In this document: one piece after another, positions 29,430-43,208 of the stretch | How the letters are laid out: each line of letters opens with the position of its first letter | How positions within the stretch are numbered: position 1 is the stretch's first letter | Origin: Escherichia coli | GTDB taxonomy: Bacteria > Pseudomonadota > Gammaproteobacteria > Enterobacterales > Enterobacteriaceae | Strand: one strand, 5' to 3' | Assembly: GCF_024502345.1 (NCBI RefSeq) | Contig: NZ_JALDNN010000003.1 | DNA length: 64,000 bases | The notes under the pieces: model-generated | What the model was told of the DNA's origin: nothing | Databases searched by the model: none | Seen by the model: only the letters and a program-made list of their open reading frames with translations | Position numbers and translations under genes: made by a program

Positions 29430-31032
29430 AGAATTCCAGCGCGGAGTCATTCCCCTGGCGCGTTACCAGGAGCAGCAGCTTCCCGAGTATCAGGACAATC
29501 CGCTCATCAGCGCATTGCCTCCGATTCCTGATCTGCAGGAGGTGGTCGATCTATTGCAGCAGCTTCCCGGTTTCGAGCCGCAGGAGGCGCTTCTGGATGG
29601 TCGGCTCAGGGCACATGCGATTGCCCGCCTGTTGCACGGCTTCTTCCAGCCGCTGAGCCATCACTTGGAGCTGGAGAGCAAGATCAGCCTGATGATCCGT
29701 CAAGGGTACATCGGTCGGAATCCGGCCAGCGGTGCCTGGTATGCGCACCTGCAGAATGGCTATCGCCGTGTCGAGGAGGAGGATCTGGATGCGGCGGTGT
29801 ACCAGAGTGTCTCCTCTACGGCCAACAGCCTGTCGCTGTTCGGCTGCTCCGGTTGCGGCAAGACGCGCACGCTGGAGCGGATTCTGGGCATGTACCCCCA
29901 AGCTCTCCATCACCCTGATTACGACATCACCCAACTGGTCTACCTGAAGATCGACTGCCCAATTGACGGTGACTTGGATGAGCTGTGCCTGAGCTTCTTC
30001 AACGAAGTAGACAAGATCCTGGGTACCCACTACAGCCGTAGCCACGGACGCAAGAAGCTGGGTACCAAACGTCTGCTGGCATCCATGTGCCAGCTGGCCA
30101 ATCTGCACACGCTCGGAGTGCTGATCATCGACGAGGTTCAGAACCTCAACGAGGCACGCTCCGGTGGTGCCGAAAAAATGCACAATTTCTTCGTGTCGCT
30201 GGTGAACACCATCGGTGTTCCGATCATTCAGGTCGGCACCCACCGGGCCAGCAAGTTCTTCCAGCGCACGTTCCGGGCTGCTCGGCGGGTCTCCGGGTTG
30301 GGCAGCATCCGCTGGGATAGGTTGCCTCGGGACGAGCATTGGAAGCGTCTGTTGAAGCGGCTTTGGAAGTATCAGTGGCTGCGAAATGCGGCGCCGCTGG
30401 ATGATGAACTGGAGGCTACGATGTACGACCTCACCCAAGGGGTCATGGACATCGTCATCAAGCTGTTCGCGCTGGCGCAGATCCGGGCGATAGTGACAGG
30501 TGTCGAGTGCATTAAGCCGCTGTTGCTGCGCAGGGTTTTCGAGGACGAGTTCAAACCGGTCCATCCGATGCTGGCGGCCTTGCGGAGCGGTAGGCCCGAG
30601 CTGATCGCCAAATATGACGACCTGCTGATGCCAGAGATCGAGGGACGGTTGCTGACCCTGACTCGCTCTCTGGATAGCGTCCCCCAACCTAAACCACCGG
30701 CCCCTCCGGCTGATGACAAGGCAAAGCGGTTGGCCGCCCTGCTCGAAGGTATGGAAATCCCGAGGGACATCGCCATTCCCATGGCCGATGAATTGTTGGC
30801 GGAGAATCCGGACATCCCGCTGGCGGCCCTGATTCACAAGGCCACGGCCTACCTCGCGCAGGACGCTCCCAAGAGGCCCGGCATTTCCAGAGTTAAGCGG
30901 ACGGAGTGGGGGTGCCTATCCGAGGAGGATCTGCGCCGACGTTATGCCGATGGGCCTGAAAGCGAGGCCTATGACAGATTCAAGCAGGCTGGCTTGATCC
31001 TCGATCTACGGCCTCTGCTGAGAGCGAGCTGA
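29422..31032 (+). CDS. tnsC: Tn7-like AAA+ regulator TnsC
   Basis: 536 aa; Walker A-like GCSGCGKTRTLERILG; operon position after tnsB with overlapping start. Confidence 0.85.
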   Translation: MTEEFQRGVIPLARYQEQQLPEYQDNPLISALPPIPDLQEVVDLLQQLPGFEPQEALLDGRLRAHAIARLLHGFFQPLSHHLELESKISLMIRQGYIGRNPASGAWYAHLQNGYRRVEEEDLDAAVYQSVSSTANSLSLFGCSGCGKTRTLERILGMYPQALHHPDYDITQLVYLKIDCPIDGDLDELCLSFFNEVDKILGTHYSRSHGRKKLGTKRLLASMCQLANLHTLGVLIIDEVQNLNEARSGGAEKMHNFFVSLVNTIGVPIIQVGTHRASKFFQRTFRAARRVSGLGSIRWDRLPRDEHWKRLLKRLWKYQWLRNAAPLDDELEATMYDLTQGVMDIVIKLFALAQIRAIVTGVECIKPLLLRRVFEDEFKPVHPMLAALRSGRPELIAKYDDLLMPEIEGRLLTLTRSLDSVPQPKPPAPPADDKAKRLAALLEGMEIPRDIAIPMADELLAENPDIPLAALIHKATAYLAQDAPKRPGISRVKRTEWGCLSEEDLRRRYADGPESEAYDRFKQAGLILDLRPLLRAS

Positions 31033-31033
31033 C

Positions 31034-32528
31034 ATGTACTTCCCCAGGCTCTACCCGGACGAACTGCTTTACAGCGGTATTGCCCGGTGCCGGGTACATC
31101 TGGGGATAGGCAGCCACAAGACCTTGCTGCACATGCTTTTCGGTGACAGCAAGGTTGCCGCGATCACCGATCTGCCCACACACCTGACTGCGTTGGCGAA
31201 CAACACGGGCTTGGATGCGGAAGGCATGATCCTGAATCACACGCTGTTCCCGCTCTATGCCCCTTTCATTCCGCCGGAGCGCCGTACCGATCTTTTTCAG
31301 GCCATGCTTGCTCCCGACCGGCCGACGATTGGTCTGTCTGGGGCCTCGACGGCCTTGGTCAAGTGGCCCGATTGGCTGCGTTACTGCCCGATCTGCTTTG
31401 AAGATATGGCTGCGCGCTACGGTGAACCCTACTGGCGGCGCAGCTGGCAGATTCAAGGGATAGATGCCTGTCCCGAGCATGGCTGTCAGCTCCTGAACTC
31501 ACCTATCCCGTTCCGTCGAGCGCAGCGGCACGAGTTTCATACAGCCTCTCCACTGTTTCTGCCCCGTGATCTTCGCGTGAGTCCCGTGGGCGAAGAGGCT
31601 ATCAGGCTCGCCAAGGCTGCTATGCAGCTGCTGGCGCTCGAAGAGGTGCAATCGCCTGGCTACGGACGCTGGACCAACCTGTACCGGTACCTGGCTACAG
31701 AGTGCGGCGCCAGGCGAGGCCGGCAGGTCAGGGCTGAAGTCATCTGGGAGAAGATCCTGGCATCCCATCAAAGGGATTGGCTTGCTGCGAACGGTCTGCT
31801 GACATCCGGAGAGCCTCCACCTTGGCTGTTGGCGATGTTCAGGAAGCATCGCAAGGGATTCAGTGCGCTGCAGCATCTGATCGTCTGGACCAGCCTGCGC
31901 CCTGGCCAGCATGCTGGCGAGCTGATCAGCGAGGCGAAGACTCGCCAGGTCGACCTTGCCTCCGAGCGGTCAGTGCAGCTGCTCCCTGCTGAGTTTGAGC
32001 AAAAGCAGCAGTACCGAGCCATTTGGCTGCAAGCACTGGCTAATCACGGTGGAGCCAAGGCAGCCAGGCAAGACGGAGCAGGGGCATGTTACGCCTGGCT
32101 CTATCGTCATGACCGACACTGGCTGATGGTTGCGAACCAGGTCAGGCAGCGCCGACAGGGCAACAACAGCCACATCGACTGGCGAGCGCGTGACATAAGG
32201 TTGGTGCGCCTGCTGATCCGGATTGGTAGAGGTAGCGAAGAAGACCTGGGCCTTCCGCGCAGGAGTCGCAACTGGTTCCTGCAGCAGCTACCCCATCGGG
32301 CATCAGTCGAGCACCGTCTCGATCAATTGCCTCTTTGCTGCACCTTCCTGGATCGCTATGCCGAGTCCGTCGGCGAGTATCAGATCCGTCGCCTGACTGC
32401 AGCGATGCTGAAGGATGTACAGACAGGCATAACGTCTAGGCGCTGGGAGCTGGAAAAGCGTTGTGGATTGGAAAAAAGCAGGGTGGCACCACTGACCACT
32501 GCGTTCATTCGATTGATAGGAAGATGGA

Positions 32529-32536
<8 letters not shown>
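31034..32536 (+). CDS. tnsD: Tn7-like target-selection protein TnsD (TniQ family)
   Basis: 500 aa; blocks HTLFPLYAPF, FRKHRKGFSALQH, YAWLYRHDRHWL, YAESVGEYQIRRL parallel Tn7 TnsD (HTLFPLYAPF, FRKHRKAFSYLQH, YAWLYRHDRDWL, YSESVEDYQIRRI). Confidence 0.85.
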
Positions 32537-34380
<1,844 letters not shown>

Positions 34381-34634
34381 GGGCATCCCGGCTGGCTTGA
34401 CCCCGCCAAGCTAAGAGATGGTGGCAGTTCGTGGATGCCGTTTCCCGGGTGCACGCGATCCGAGACCACGCGATCAAGCAGGAAAACAAGCACCTGGGCT
34501 TGCCTGACTGACCGCAGGCCGGCGACGACAAGGTGGAAAAGTTCGGCGTGTGGCTCTGGCGGCAACGATCCCGCGAAGGGCGGACGGTGCTTGAGCTGTT
34601 GAACGTAAGCGTGCGGGCAGACCGTCTTGCGCGA

Positions 34635-34800
34635 CTATGCCGGATGCCACCTATGCGGCAGCAGCTCTGCAATCTCACTCGCCCGCTGCGTCGGCAACCG
34701 TGTCAGCACATCCTTGAGATAGGCATACGGATCGTGCCCATTATTACGGGCCGACTGGATCAAACTCATGATCGCAGCAGCGCACTTGAGCATGCGATCC
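34635..34800 (-). pseudogene. IS66-family TnpC C-terminal remnant
   Basis: C-terminal ...IMSLIQSARNNGHDPYAYLKDVLTRLPTQRASEIAELLPHRWHPA matches the IS66-family transposase C-terminus; followed on that strand by a GTAAGCG-type terminal repeat near 34605. Confidence 0.5.
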
Positions 34801-35007
34801 CGCGCCGAGCATTTGAGAAGGCAACGGGATGAACGCTGGCTGGATAGCCGTGGTTTTCTGGGTATGCAGCCGAATCCATTTGTGGACGAGGTTGGCATTG
34901 AGGCTGTAGCCCAAGGCGATGTTTGCGATGGAGGCACCGGGTTCAGAACACTCCTGAATGACCTGGGCCTTGAAAGATTTGCTGTAGGTACGGCGCTGAG
35001 GGGGCAT
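34744..35007 (-). pseudogene. IS66-family TnpA-like accessory ORF remnant (element internally deleted; tnpB and most of tnpC missing)
   Basis: MPPQRRTYSKSFKAQVIQECSEPGASIANIALGYSLNANLVHKWIRLH... matches the IS66-family TnpA N-terminal HTH region. Confidence 0.5.
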
Positions 35008-35512
35008 GGAAAATCCGCTTGATGGGCCATGGCCTTCGGCGGCGGTGTCGGGAAGGTGTGTTGGCAGGACGGATACTGTTGAACTACGTTGTCTGGGGCA
35101 ACGGAGGTTTTTCGGCCCGACTCTGGAACGCGATCCGCAGCGACGACTGGGCAATTCCGCACATTGGCCTGAGCAGCCTCGGGGAAATCGTCGGCTGGGC
35201 GCGCCCAGACGAGTTTCCGCCAAGGAACATGCGCACGAGCAAGGGGCTGCGGGCGCTCGGTTACAACGTGAGGATCGGTGTTTGATCTGCGGCCGTGGGC
35301 GGCGCCCGCAAGGTCCCGATCAACCCACCGTCCCCTGCGCCGGACCGGCCCGCCCTGGCATACCGTCCTTGAAGATTTGAGTCACATCAATCGGCCAGCA
35401 GATCGCTGGATGTTGACTCTTGACTTTTGGCATATTAGGCGCAATATCTTGCAAAGTCTTGCAAGAACTTCCTCAGGCGAGGCCGCGTGACGACGGAACT
35501 TGTGGGGGTGGT

Positions 35513-35794
35513 ATGACAGCGCGCCAGCAGGCGATCTTCACACTCGACGAGTTGGCTACCTACTTAAAGGTCGGCAAGCGGACGCTCTACCGGCTCGCCG
35601 CGCACGGGGAGATTCCGGCCTTCAAGGTCGGCGGGACGTGGCGGTTTCGTCAAAGTGAAATCGATCGATGGATCAATGATCAGATCCAAGCAGGCAGAAA
35701 GAAGGAGGTGATACGTACAGATGAGCAGCCGAAGTCAGCGAAACATCCCGTGTTGCCTGGGCGCGCTATCCATAGCCGCAGGCAAACGGAGTGA
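35513..35794 (+). CDS. HTH DNA-binding protein (excisionase/MerR-like), first gene of the LHR/tLPQC-like island
   Basis: MTARQQAIFTLDELATYLKVGKRTLYRLAAHGEIPAFKVGGTWRF: excisionase-family HTH; ATG at 35513. Confidence 0.65.
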   Translation: MTARQQAIFTLDELATYLKVGKRTLYRLAAHGEIPAFKVGGTWRFRQSEIDRWINDQIQAGRKKEVIRTDEQPKSAKHPVLPGRAIHSRRQTE

Positions 35795-35829
35795 GCGAGA
35801 GTCTTCAATTTTTGTTCTGGAGGTGTGAC

Positions 35830-36399
35830 ATGGACATTGATTTCAAGAAGTTGGCTCCCTGGAACTGGTTCAAGAAGGAGCAGGAAGAACAACAGAGCAC
35901 TGCCTCGCTGCCGGTGCAGCGCAATGACCTGCCGGTAGCGGGTGGGCCCGTCAGTCCCATCCTGCAATTGCACCGCGAGATCGACCGCCTCTTCGACGAC
36001 ACGTTTCGAGGCTTCGGCTTTCCGGCGCTGGCCATGCCACGCTGGCCGTCGGACTGGCCGGGCCTGCTGAAGCCGGCGCTGGACATCCAGGAGACCGACA
36101 AGCAGTACAAGATTTCTTTGGAGGTTCCCGGCGTCGAGGAAAAAGACATCCATATCACGCTCGACAACGACGTGCTGCTGGTTCGCGGTGAAAAGCGTCA
36201 GGAGCAGGAAAGCAAAGACGGCGGTTTCCACCGGGTGGAGCGCTCCTACGGCAGCTTTCAGCGCGCTCTGAACCTGCCGACCGATGCCAACCAGGACACG
36301 ATCAAGGCCGCTTTCAAGAACGGCGTACTCACGATCACAATGGAAAAGCGCGAGGCCAGTGCGCCCAAGCAGGGCCGCTCGATCCCGATCAACGGCTGA
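35830..36399 (+). CDS. small heat-shock protein (Hsp20/alpha-crystallin family)
   Basis: ATG at 35830 with GGAGG upstream; alpha-crystallin-domain blocks (ALDIQETDKQYKISLEVPGVEEKDIHITLDNDVLLVRGEK ... GVLTITMEK). Confidence 0.8.
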   Translation: MDIDFKKLAPWNWFKKEQEEQQSTASLPVQRNDLPVAGGPVSPILQLHREIDRLFDDTFRGFGFPALAMPRWPSDWPGLLKPALDIQETDKQYKISLEVPGVEEKDIHITLDNDVLLVRGEKRQEQESKDGGFHRVERSYGSFQRALNLPTDANQDTIKAAFKNGVLTITMEKREASAPKQGRSIPING

Positions 36400-36496
36400 C
36401 GCCGATCGGCTTGTTCTCTACAGAAAAACCAAGTGAATGGCGAGGCGCCGTGACCTTCGGCGCCTCGTCAAATCAGTCCTCTCAAGGAGCATGAGC

Positions 36497-39346
36497 ATGG
36501 CCAGAAAACAATGCCAGGTCTGCGGCCAGCCCGCCACGGTGCGGGTGGAAGCCAATCTCAATGGTCGCCACAGCACCATGCTGTTGTGTGACGATCACTA
36601 TCGCCAACTGGCGCGCCAGCAAAAGCGCACCGTCTCGCCGCTGGAAGCCTTGTTTGGCTCGCGCAGCGGCTTGTTCGAAGACTTCCTCGGCAGCGACTTC
36701 TTCCGCATCGGTGACGATTCGCCGTCCATGGCGGCCGATACCGACGAGGTGGTCGATGCCTCGTTCGGCGAACCCGCCCCGGCCGGTACGGGCACTGCGC
36801 GCCGTCGCGGCAGTGGGCTCGCCAGCCGTATCAGCGAACAGTCCGAGGCCCTATTGCAGGAGGCCGCCCGACACGCTGCAGAGTTCGGGCGCGCCGAAGT
36901 CGATACCGAACACCTGCTGCTGGCGCTATCCGACAGCGACGTGGTGAAGACCATCCTGGGACAGTTCAAGATCAAGGTCGATGACCTCAAGCGACAGATC
37001 GAATCCGAAGCCAAGCGCGGCGAGAAGCCGTTCGAGGGCGAAGTCGGCGTGTCGCCCCGGGTCAAGGACGCGCTCAGCCGCGCTTTCGTGGCCTCCAACG
37101 AACTCGGCCACTCTTATGTCGGGCCGGAGCATTTCCTGATCGGGCTCGCTGAGGAAGGCGAAGGTTTGGCGGCCAACCTGCTGCGCCGTTACGGCCTCAC
37201 GCCGCAAGCGCTGCGCCAGCAGGTAAGCAAGGTGGTCGGCAAAGGGGCCGAGGATGGCCGCGCCGAGACGCCGACCAACACGCCCGAGCTGGATAAATAC
37301 TCGCGCGACCTCACCAAGATGGCGCGCGAGGGCAAACTCGATCCAGTCATCGGCCGTGCGCAGGAGATCGAGACCACCATCGAGGTGCTGGCCCGGCGCA
37401 AGAAAAACAACCCGGTGTTGATCGGTGAGCCCGGCGTCGGCAAGACCGCCATTGTCGAAGGGCTGGCGCAGCGCATGGTCGCCGGTGAAGTGCCCGAGAC
37501 GCTGCGCGACAAGCGTCTGGTCGAGCTCAACATCAACGCCATGGTGGCAGGCGCCAAGTATCGCGGCGAGTTCGAGGAGCGCGTGCAGAAGGTGCTCAAG
37601 GAAGTGACCGAGCACCAGGGCGAGATGATTCTCTTCATCGATGAAGTGCACACCATCGTCGGTGCAGGCCAGGGTGGCGGCGAAGGCGGGCTGGACGTGG
37701 CCAACGTGTTCAAGCCGATGATGGCGCGCGGCGAACTGAACCTGATCGGCGCCACCACGCTCAACGAGTATCAGAAGTACATCGAGAAGGACGCCGCGCT
37801 GGAGCGTCGTTTCCAGCCGGTGATGGTGCCCGAGCCGACGGTAGCGCAGACCATGATGATCCTGCGCGGCCTGCGCGACACCTTCGAGGCGCACCACAAG
37901 GTCAGCATCACCGAGGATGCGATCATCGCCGCCGCCGAGTTGTCGGACCGCTACATCACCGCGCGCTTTTTGCCTGACAAGGCCATCGACCTGCTTGACC
38001 AGGCGGCCGCACGCGTGAAGCTGTCGGCCACGGCTCGCCCGGTGGCGGTGCAGGAGCTGGAGTCCGAACTGCACCAGTTGCGGCGTGAGCAGGACTACAT
38101 GGCCTCGCGCAAGCAGTACGACAAGGCCGCCGAGCTGGGCAAGCGCATCGAGGCCAAGGAGACTGAACTCAAGCAGCTCGTCGAGGAATGGGAACGCGAG
38201 CGCGCCTCGGGCAGCGCCGAAGTCAAGGCCGAGCATGTCGCGCAGATCGTCTCGCGCCTGACCGGCATTCCGGTCAACGAGCTGACGGTGGAAGAACGCG
38301 AGAAGCTGCTGCATCTGGAGCAGCGGCTGCATGAGCGCCTGGTGGGCCAGGACGAAGCGGTGCGCGCGGTGGCCGATGCCGTGCGGTTGTCGCGCGCGGG
38401 CCTGCGCGAAGGCGACAAGCCGGTGGCGACTTTCCTGTTCCTTGGGCCGACCGGCGTGGGCAAGACCGAGCTCGCCAAGGCGCTGGCCGAGTCCATCTAT
38501 GGCGATGAAGGTGCGCTGCTGCGCATCGACATGTCCGAGTACGGGGAACGCCATGCCGTGGCACGCCTGGTGGGCGCGCCTCCGGGTTATGTGGGCTATG
38601 ACGAGGGCGGCCAGCTCACCGAGAAGGTGCGTCGCAAGCCCTACAGCGTGTTGCTGCTCGATGAGATCGAAAAAGCGCACCCCGACGTCTACAACATCCT
38701 GCTGCAGGTGTTCGACGACGGGCGGCTCACCGACGGCAAGGGCCGGGTGGTGGATTTCACCAATACCATCATCATCGCCACCTCGAACCTGGGCTCGGAC
38801 ATCATCCAGCGTCGGCTGAAGGCCGGTGGCGCCGCCGGCGAGGAATACGAGAAGACCAAGTCCGAGGTGATGGACGTGCTGCGCGGACACTTCCGCCCCG
38901 AGTTCATCAACCGCATCGACGAGATCATCGTCTTCCATGCGCTGGGCAAGGAGGAAATCCGCCATATCGTCGGCCTGCAGCTTGATCGTGTGGCCCGCAA
39001 CGCCGCCAGCCAGGGCGTGACGCTGACCTTCGATCAGACCTTGATCGACCACTTCGCGGAGGAAGGCTACAAGCCCGAGTTCGGCGCGCGTGAGCTCAAG
39101 CGGCTGATCCGCAGCGAGCTGGAAACCGCGCTGGCGCGCGAGATGCTGGGTGGCGGTATCGGCAAGGGTGATCACGCCAACGCCCGCTGGGACGACAAGG
39201 CCGAACGGGTGGTCTTCGAGCGCCAGGAGCCACCCGCGAAGTCGGCTGAGCCTGAAAAGCCCGATGCCGCGGACGTGGCCGAGGCACCGCCTGGCGACGC
39301 GAGCAAGCCTGCGCGCAAGAAGAAGTCAGCGGATGGCGAATCTTGA
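36497..39346 (+). CDS. clpK: ClpK/ClpG-type Clp ATPase (stand-alone disaggregase) with N-terminal zinc-ribbon-like motif
   Basis: ~950 aa; N-terminal CQVCGQPA...CDDHY; two AAA+ modules ([15 protein letters not shown] and [15 protein letters not shown]); matches the LHR ClpK / tLPQC ClpG architecture. Confidence 0.85.
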   Translation: MARKQCQVCGQPATVRVEANLNGRHSTMLLCDDHYRQLARQQKRTVSPLEALFGSRSGLFEDFLGSDFFRIGDDSPSMAADTDEVVDASFGEPAPAGTGTARRRGSGLASRISEQSEALLQEAARHAAEFGRAEVDTEHLLLALSDSDVVKTILGQFKIKVDDLKRQIESEAKRGEKPFEGEVGVSPRVKDALSRAFVASNELGHSYVGPEHFLIGLAEEGEGLAANLLRRYGLTPQALRQQVSKVVGKGAEDGRAETPTNTPELDKYSRDLTKMAREGKLDPVIGRAQEIETTIEVLARRKKNNPVLIGEPGVGKTAIVEGLAQRMVAGEVPETLRDKRLVELNINAMVAGAKYRGEFEERVQKVLKEVTEHQGEMILFIDEVHTIVGAGQGGGEGGLDVANVFKPMMARGELNLIGATTLNEYQKYIEKDAALERRFQPVMVPEPTVAQTMMILRGLRDTFEAHHKVSITEDAIIAAAELSDRYITARFLPDKAIDLLDQAAARVKLSATARPVAVQELESELHQLRREQDYMASRKQYDKAAELGKRIEAKETELKQLVEEWERERASGSAEVKAEHVAQIVSRLTGIPVNELTVEEREKLLHLEQRLHERLVGQDEAVRAVADAVRLSRAGLREGDKPVATFLFLGPTGVGKTELAKALAESIYGDEGALLRIDMSEYGERHAVARLVGAPPGYVGYDEGGQLTEKVRRKPYSVLLLDEIEKAHPDVYNILLQVFDDGRLTDGKGRVVDFTNTIIIATSNLGSDIIQRRLKAGGAAGEEYEKTKSEVMDVLRGHFRPEFINRIDEIIVFHALGKEEIRHIVGLQLDRVARNAASQGVTLTFDQTLIDHFAEEGYKPEFGARELKRLIRSELETALAREMLGGGIGKGDHANARWDDKAERVVFERQEPPAKSAEPEKPDAADVAEAPPGDASKPARKKKSADGES

Positions 39347-40793
39347 GCGATGGGAGGCTGTCGTGTCCGACCCCAATGGGCTGACATGGGCAGCCACCCT
39401 CGTGTCGCTGGCGGTCGCTATCCCCACAGCGGGGCATGCGGTCATCTACAAGCGTGACCCTCGATCGGCCACGCTGTGGGTACTGCTGATCGCCTTGCTG
39501 CCGCTGGGCGGTTCGCTGCTGTATGGGCTGTTCGGCATCAACCGTTACCAGCGGCGGGCGCGGCGGCTCTTCCCGGGGGCAGATCCTGCTGTTCGGCAGG
39601 ATCTCTCGCCCACGATACCCGAGGCTGTATCGCCGCCACTTGCCGGTCTGGCCCACCTGGTGGGACGCGCCACCGGCCAGTCGCTGACCGGCGGCAACCG
39701 CATCGAGCCGCTTGTCGATGGCGAGCAGGCCTACCCGGCCATGCTCGCCGCCATCGAATCGGCGCGGTACAGCGTCGCCTTGACCTCGTACATCTTCGAC
39801 AGCCAAGGTATCGGGGCGCAGTTCGTCGATGCGCTGCGCCGGGCTCATGAGCGCGGCGTGCAAGTGCGGGTGCTGATCGACGACGTGTATGCCCGCTGGA
39901 CGCCCCGCAGCGCCTACCGCGCCTTGCAGCGCGCCGGCGTTCCGGCGGCGACGTTCAACCCTACATTGATTCCCGCGCGCCTGCATGCCGCGCATCTGCG
40001 CAATCACCGCAAGCTGCTGGTGATCGATGGCGAGACGGGTTTCACCGGCGGATTGAACATCTTCAGCCCGTACTGGCGGCCCGATGCGCCGGACCAGGCC
40101 TGTCACGATTTGCACTTTCGTCTGCGCGGGCCGGTGATTGCGCATCTGATGCGGTGCTTCACCGATGATTGGTGCGATACCACGGGCGAGCGGCTCAGCA
40201 AGGGTTACTGGGGCGAACCGCCCGTAACGGCTGATGAGCAAGGAACCTCTTGGGCGCGCGGCATCGAGGCCGGTCCCGATGAGGCCCTGGACCGGATGCG
40301 CTGGACCTTCATGGGCGCTTTGAGCGCCGCGAAGCATTCGGTGCGCATCTGGACACCTTACTTCGTCCCCGATCAGCCGATGATCGCGGCGCTAAGCACG
40401 GCCGCGTTGCGCGGCGTGCGTATCGACGTGCTGACGCCCGCAAACGGCGACCATCCCACGGTGCAATGGGCCGCGCGCGCCCACTACTGGCAGGTGCTGG
40501 AGCACGGTGTGCGCATCTTCGAACGGCCTGGCCCGTTCGACCACAGCAAGCTGATGCTGGTAGACGGAGCGTGGTGCTGCCTGGGTTCGGCCAATTGGGA
40601 TGCACGCAGTTTGCGCCTCAACTTCGAGTTCAATGTGGAGGTGTACGACACCGCGTTGTCTACGCGGCTGTCATCCCTTTTTGATGCCGCTCGTGATGCG
40701 TCGGGCGAGATATCGGCGAAGGCGTTGCGCGCCCGCCCGCTGGCCATCCGCTTGCGCGACGGGGTGGCCCGTCTGTTCACCCCCATTCTCTAG
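39333..40793 (+). CDS. phospholipase D / cardiolipin synthase-family protein (two HKD motifs)
   Basis: HKD motifs HRKLLVIDGETGFTGGLN and HSKLMLVDGAWCCLGSANWDARS; N-terminal TM segments; start (ATG 39333 or GTG 39363) overlaps the clpK 3' end. Confidence 0.8.
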   Translation: MANLERWEAVVSDPNGLTWAATLVSLAVAIPTAGHAVIYKRDPRSATLWVLLIALLPLGGSLLYGLFGINRYQRRARRLFPGADPAVRQDLSPTIPEAVSPPLAGLAHLVGRATGQSLTGGNRIEPLVDGEQAYPAMLAAIESARYSVALTSYIFDSQGIGAQFVDALRRAHERGVQVRVLIDDVYARWTPRSAYRALQRAGVPAATFNPTLIPARLHAAHLRNHRKLLVIDGETGFTGGLNIFSPYWRPDAPDQACHDLHFRLRGPVIAHLMRCFTDDWCDTTGERLSKGYWGEPPVTADEQGTSWARGIEAGPDEALDRMRWTFMGALSAAKHSVRIWTPYFVPDQPMIAALSTAALRGVRIDVLTPANGDHPTVQWAARAHYWQVLEHGVRIFERPGPFDHSKLMLVDGAWCCLGSANWDARSLRLNFEFNVEVYDTALSTRLSSLFDAARDASGEISAKALRARPLAIRLRDGVARLFTPIL

Positions 40794-40820
40794 CGACACG
40801 ACTTGCGAGGAACATTGCCC

Positions 40821-42650
40821 ATGGAAAAGAAAGATCAATGGAACATAGGCTACTGGATCGTCGCCGGCCTGTTGCTGCTGACGCTGCAGAACTACTGGCA
40901 GGCGGCCAAGACCGTCGAGCCCGTGCCCTACAGCGAATTCGAGAAGGCGCTGGCCGAGGGGCGCGTCGCCGAAGTGCTGGTGTCGGACCGCACGGTCACC
41001 GGGCACCTGAAATCGCCGGACAGCCGGGGCAAGACCACCATCGTGGCCACCCGTGTCGAACCCGACCTGGCCGAGCGGCTGTCCAAGTACGACGTGCCCT
41101 ATGCGCGGGTGGTGGAAAGCACCTGGCTGCGTGATGTGCTCTCCTGGATTCTGCCGGCGGTGGCCTTCTTCGGCGTCTGGTTCTTCCTGTTCCGCCGCTT
41201 CGCCGAGAAGCAGGGCATGGGTGGCTTCCTGAGCATCGGCAAGAGCCGTGCCAAGGTATTCATGGAGAAGAACACTGGCGTGACCTTTGCCGATGTCGCT
41301 GGCGTCGATGAAGCCAAGGCGGAGTTGGTTGAGATCGTCGATTTCCTCAAGAATCCGCAGGAGTATGGACGGCTCGGGGCGCGCATTCCCAAGGGCGTGT
41401 TGCTGGTCGGCCCACCGGGCACCGGCAAGACATTGCTGGCCAAGGCTGTTGCCGGCGAGGCGGCGGTGCCCTTCTTCTCCATCTCCGGATCAGAGTTTGT
41501 CGAGATGTTCGTCGGCGTGGGTGCAGCGCGCGTGCGCGACCTGTTCGAGCAGGCCCGCGGGCAGGCGCCGGCCATCATCTTCATCGACGAGCTCGATGCG
41601 CTGGGCCGCGCGCGCGGCGTCGGCGGCCCCATCGGCGGCCACGACGAGCGCGAGCAGACCCTCAACCAGCTGCTCACGGAGATGGACGGCTTCGACAGCT
41701 CGGTCGGGCTGATCATCCTCGCCGCCACCAACCGCCCCGAAATCCTCGACCAGGCGCTGCTGCGCGCCGGTCGCTTCGACCGTCAGGTGCTGGTGGACCG
41801 GCCCGACAAGAAGGGACGGCTGGACATCCTGAAAGTCCACGTCAAGAAGGTGACGCTGGCTCAGGATATCGATCTCGAACAGGTGGCTGCGCTGACCACG
41901 GGCTTTTCGGGTGCAGACCTCGCGAACCTGGTCAACGAGGCCGCGCTGGCCGCGACCCGGCGCAAAGCGTCCGCCGTGGAGTTGCAGGATTTCACCGCCG
42001 CCATCGAGCGCATCGTGGCGGGCCTGGAGAAGAAGAACCGCGTGCTCAATCCCAAGGAGCGGGAAACCGTGGCCTATCACGAGATGGGCCATGCGCTGGT
42101 GGCGCTGGCGCTGCCCGGCACCGACCCCGTGCACAAGATCTCGATCATCCCGCGCGGCATCGGCGCGCTGGGCTACACGCTGCAACGCCCCACCGAAGAC
42201 CGCTTCCTGATGACGCGCGCCGATCTGGAACACAAGATCGCCGTGCTGCTGGGCGGTCGTGCGGCCGAGAAGCTCGTGTTCGGCGAGCTGTCCACCGGGG
42301 CTGCCGATGACCTCGCACGGGCCACCGACATTGCCCGCGACATGATCACCCGCTTTGGCATGGACGAAGGACTGGGCTACATCGCCTTCGAGGCGCAGCG
42401 GCCACGCTTTCTCGATACACCGGAACTGGCCCACGGCGGCTGCCGGGTGGCCGAATCGACCCAGGCGCGCATCGATCAGGCCATCCGCGACATCGTGATG
42501 GGCGTGTTCGAGCGCGCCTACCGGATCCTCGACACCAACCGCGCGGTGCTGGAGCGTTGTGCGCGCGAACTGCTGGCGCGGGAAACGCTCGACGAGAACG
42601 ACATCCTTCAATTGACCCAAGGACTTGTTCTAGATAGAAACGAAAAGTAG
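40821..42650 (+). CDS. ftsH: FtsH-family ATP-dependent zinc metalloprotease
   Basis: AAA module [23 protein letters not shown], Walker [10 protein letters not shown], zinc-binding HEMGHALVA; two N-terminal TM helices. Confidence 0.85.
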   Translation: MEKKDQWNIGYWIVAGLLLLTLQNYWQAAKTVEPVPYSEFEKALAEGRVAEVLVSDRTVTGHLKSPDSRGKTTIVATRVEPDLAERLSKYDVPYARVVESTWLRDVLSWILPAVAFFGVWFFLFRRFAEKQGMGGFLSIGKSRAKVFMEKNTGVTFADVAGVDEAKAELVEIVDFLKNPQEYGRLGARIPKGVLLVGPPGTGKTLLAKAVAGEAAVPFFSISGSEFVEMFVGVGAARVRDLFEQARGQAPAIIFIDELDALGRARGVGGPIGGHDEREQTLNQLLTEMDGFDSSVGLIILAATNRPEILDQALLRAGRFDRQVLVDRPDKKGRLDILKVHVKKVTLAQDIDLEQVAALTTGFSGADLANLVNEAALAATRRKASAVELQDFTAAIERIVAGLEKKNRVLNPKERETVAYHEMGHALVALALPGTDPVHKISIIPRGIGALGYTLQRPTEDRFLMTRADLEHKIAVLLGGRAAEKLVFGELSTGAADDLARATDIARDMITRFGMDEGLGYIAFEAQRPRFLDTPELAHGGCRVAESTQARIDQAIRDIVMGVFERAYRILDTNRAVLERCARELLARETLDENDILQLTQGLVLDRNEK

Positions 42651-42728
42651 TAGGCGCTATTCAGAGTGAGCCGGCGGCTCTGTTCGGTGCGTCATCCAAT
42701 TCGCCGGCATTGTTCAAGGAGAACCGAT

Positions 42729-43187
42729 ATGTCTGCATTGACTCCGTGGGACCCCTTCCGGGAACTGGATGAATTGCAAAACCGCCTGGCGACGATGTTG
42801 GGACGGACACCCCAGCGACAGGGCGCCCGTACCGGCAACGAAGCCCTGACCACGGCGGACTGGGCACCAATGGTGGACATCAGCGAGGATGAGAACGCAT
42901 TCCTCCTCAAGCTGGATCTGCCGGAGGTCCCCAAGGATGCCGTGCGCGTCAGCGCGGAAAACGGCGTGCTCACCATCAGCGGCGAGCGCAAACTGGAAAA
43001 AGAGGAGCAGGGCAAGAAATTCCACCGCATCGAACGTGCGTATGGCCGCTTTGTGCGCAGCTTTGTCTTACCTGACAACGTTGATCCGACCAAGGTGACG
43101 GCTTCGATGAAAGACGGCGTGCTGGAAGTGCGGCTTGTCAAGGCCGAGCAAGCCAAGCCGAAGCAGATTGAAATTTCAGTCAATTAA
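42729..43187 (+). CDS. small heat-shock protein (Hsp20 family), second copy
   Basis: ATG at 42729 with AAGGAG upstream; alpha-crystallin blocks (AFLLKLDLPEVPKDAVRVSAENGVLTISGER ... GVLEVRLVK). Confidence 0.8.
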   Translation: MSALTPWDPFRELDELQNRLATMLGRTPQRQGARTGNEALTTADWAPMVDISEDENAFLLKLDLPEVPKDAVRVSAENGVLTISGERKLEKEEQGKKFHRIERAYGRFVRSFVLPDNVDPTKVTASMKDGVLEVRLVKAEQAKPKQIEISVN

Positions 43188-43208
43188 CTTCAATTGGAGT
43201 CCAACATC

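Noticed and set aside
28185-30837. Minus-strand ORFs of 170 and 428 aa (28185..28697, 29551..30837)
   Set aside because: Antisense to tnsB and tnsC within GC-rich DNA; translations are low-complexity.
36926-39175. 749-aa ORF on the minus strand
   Set aside because: Lies entirely antisense to the ClpK/ClpG gene in very GC-rich DNA, with a low-complexity Arg/Ala/Gly-rich translation; antisense open frames are expected by chance at this GC content.
39096-42620. Long minus-strand ORFs (39096..40337, 41490..42620, 41099..41731)
   Set aside because: Antisense to the PLD/cardiolipin-synthase-like and FtsH genes; no RBS or start context; GC-skew artefacts.
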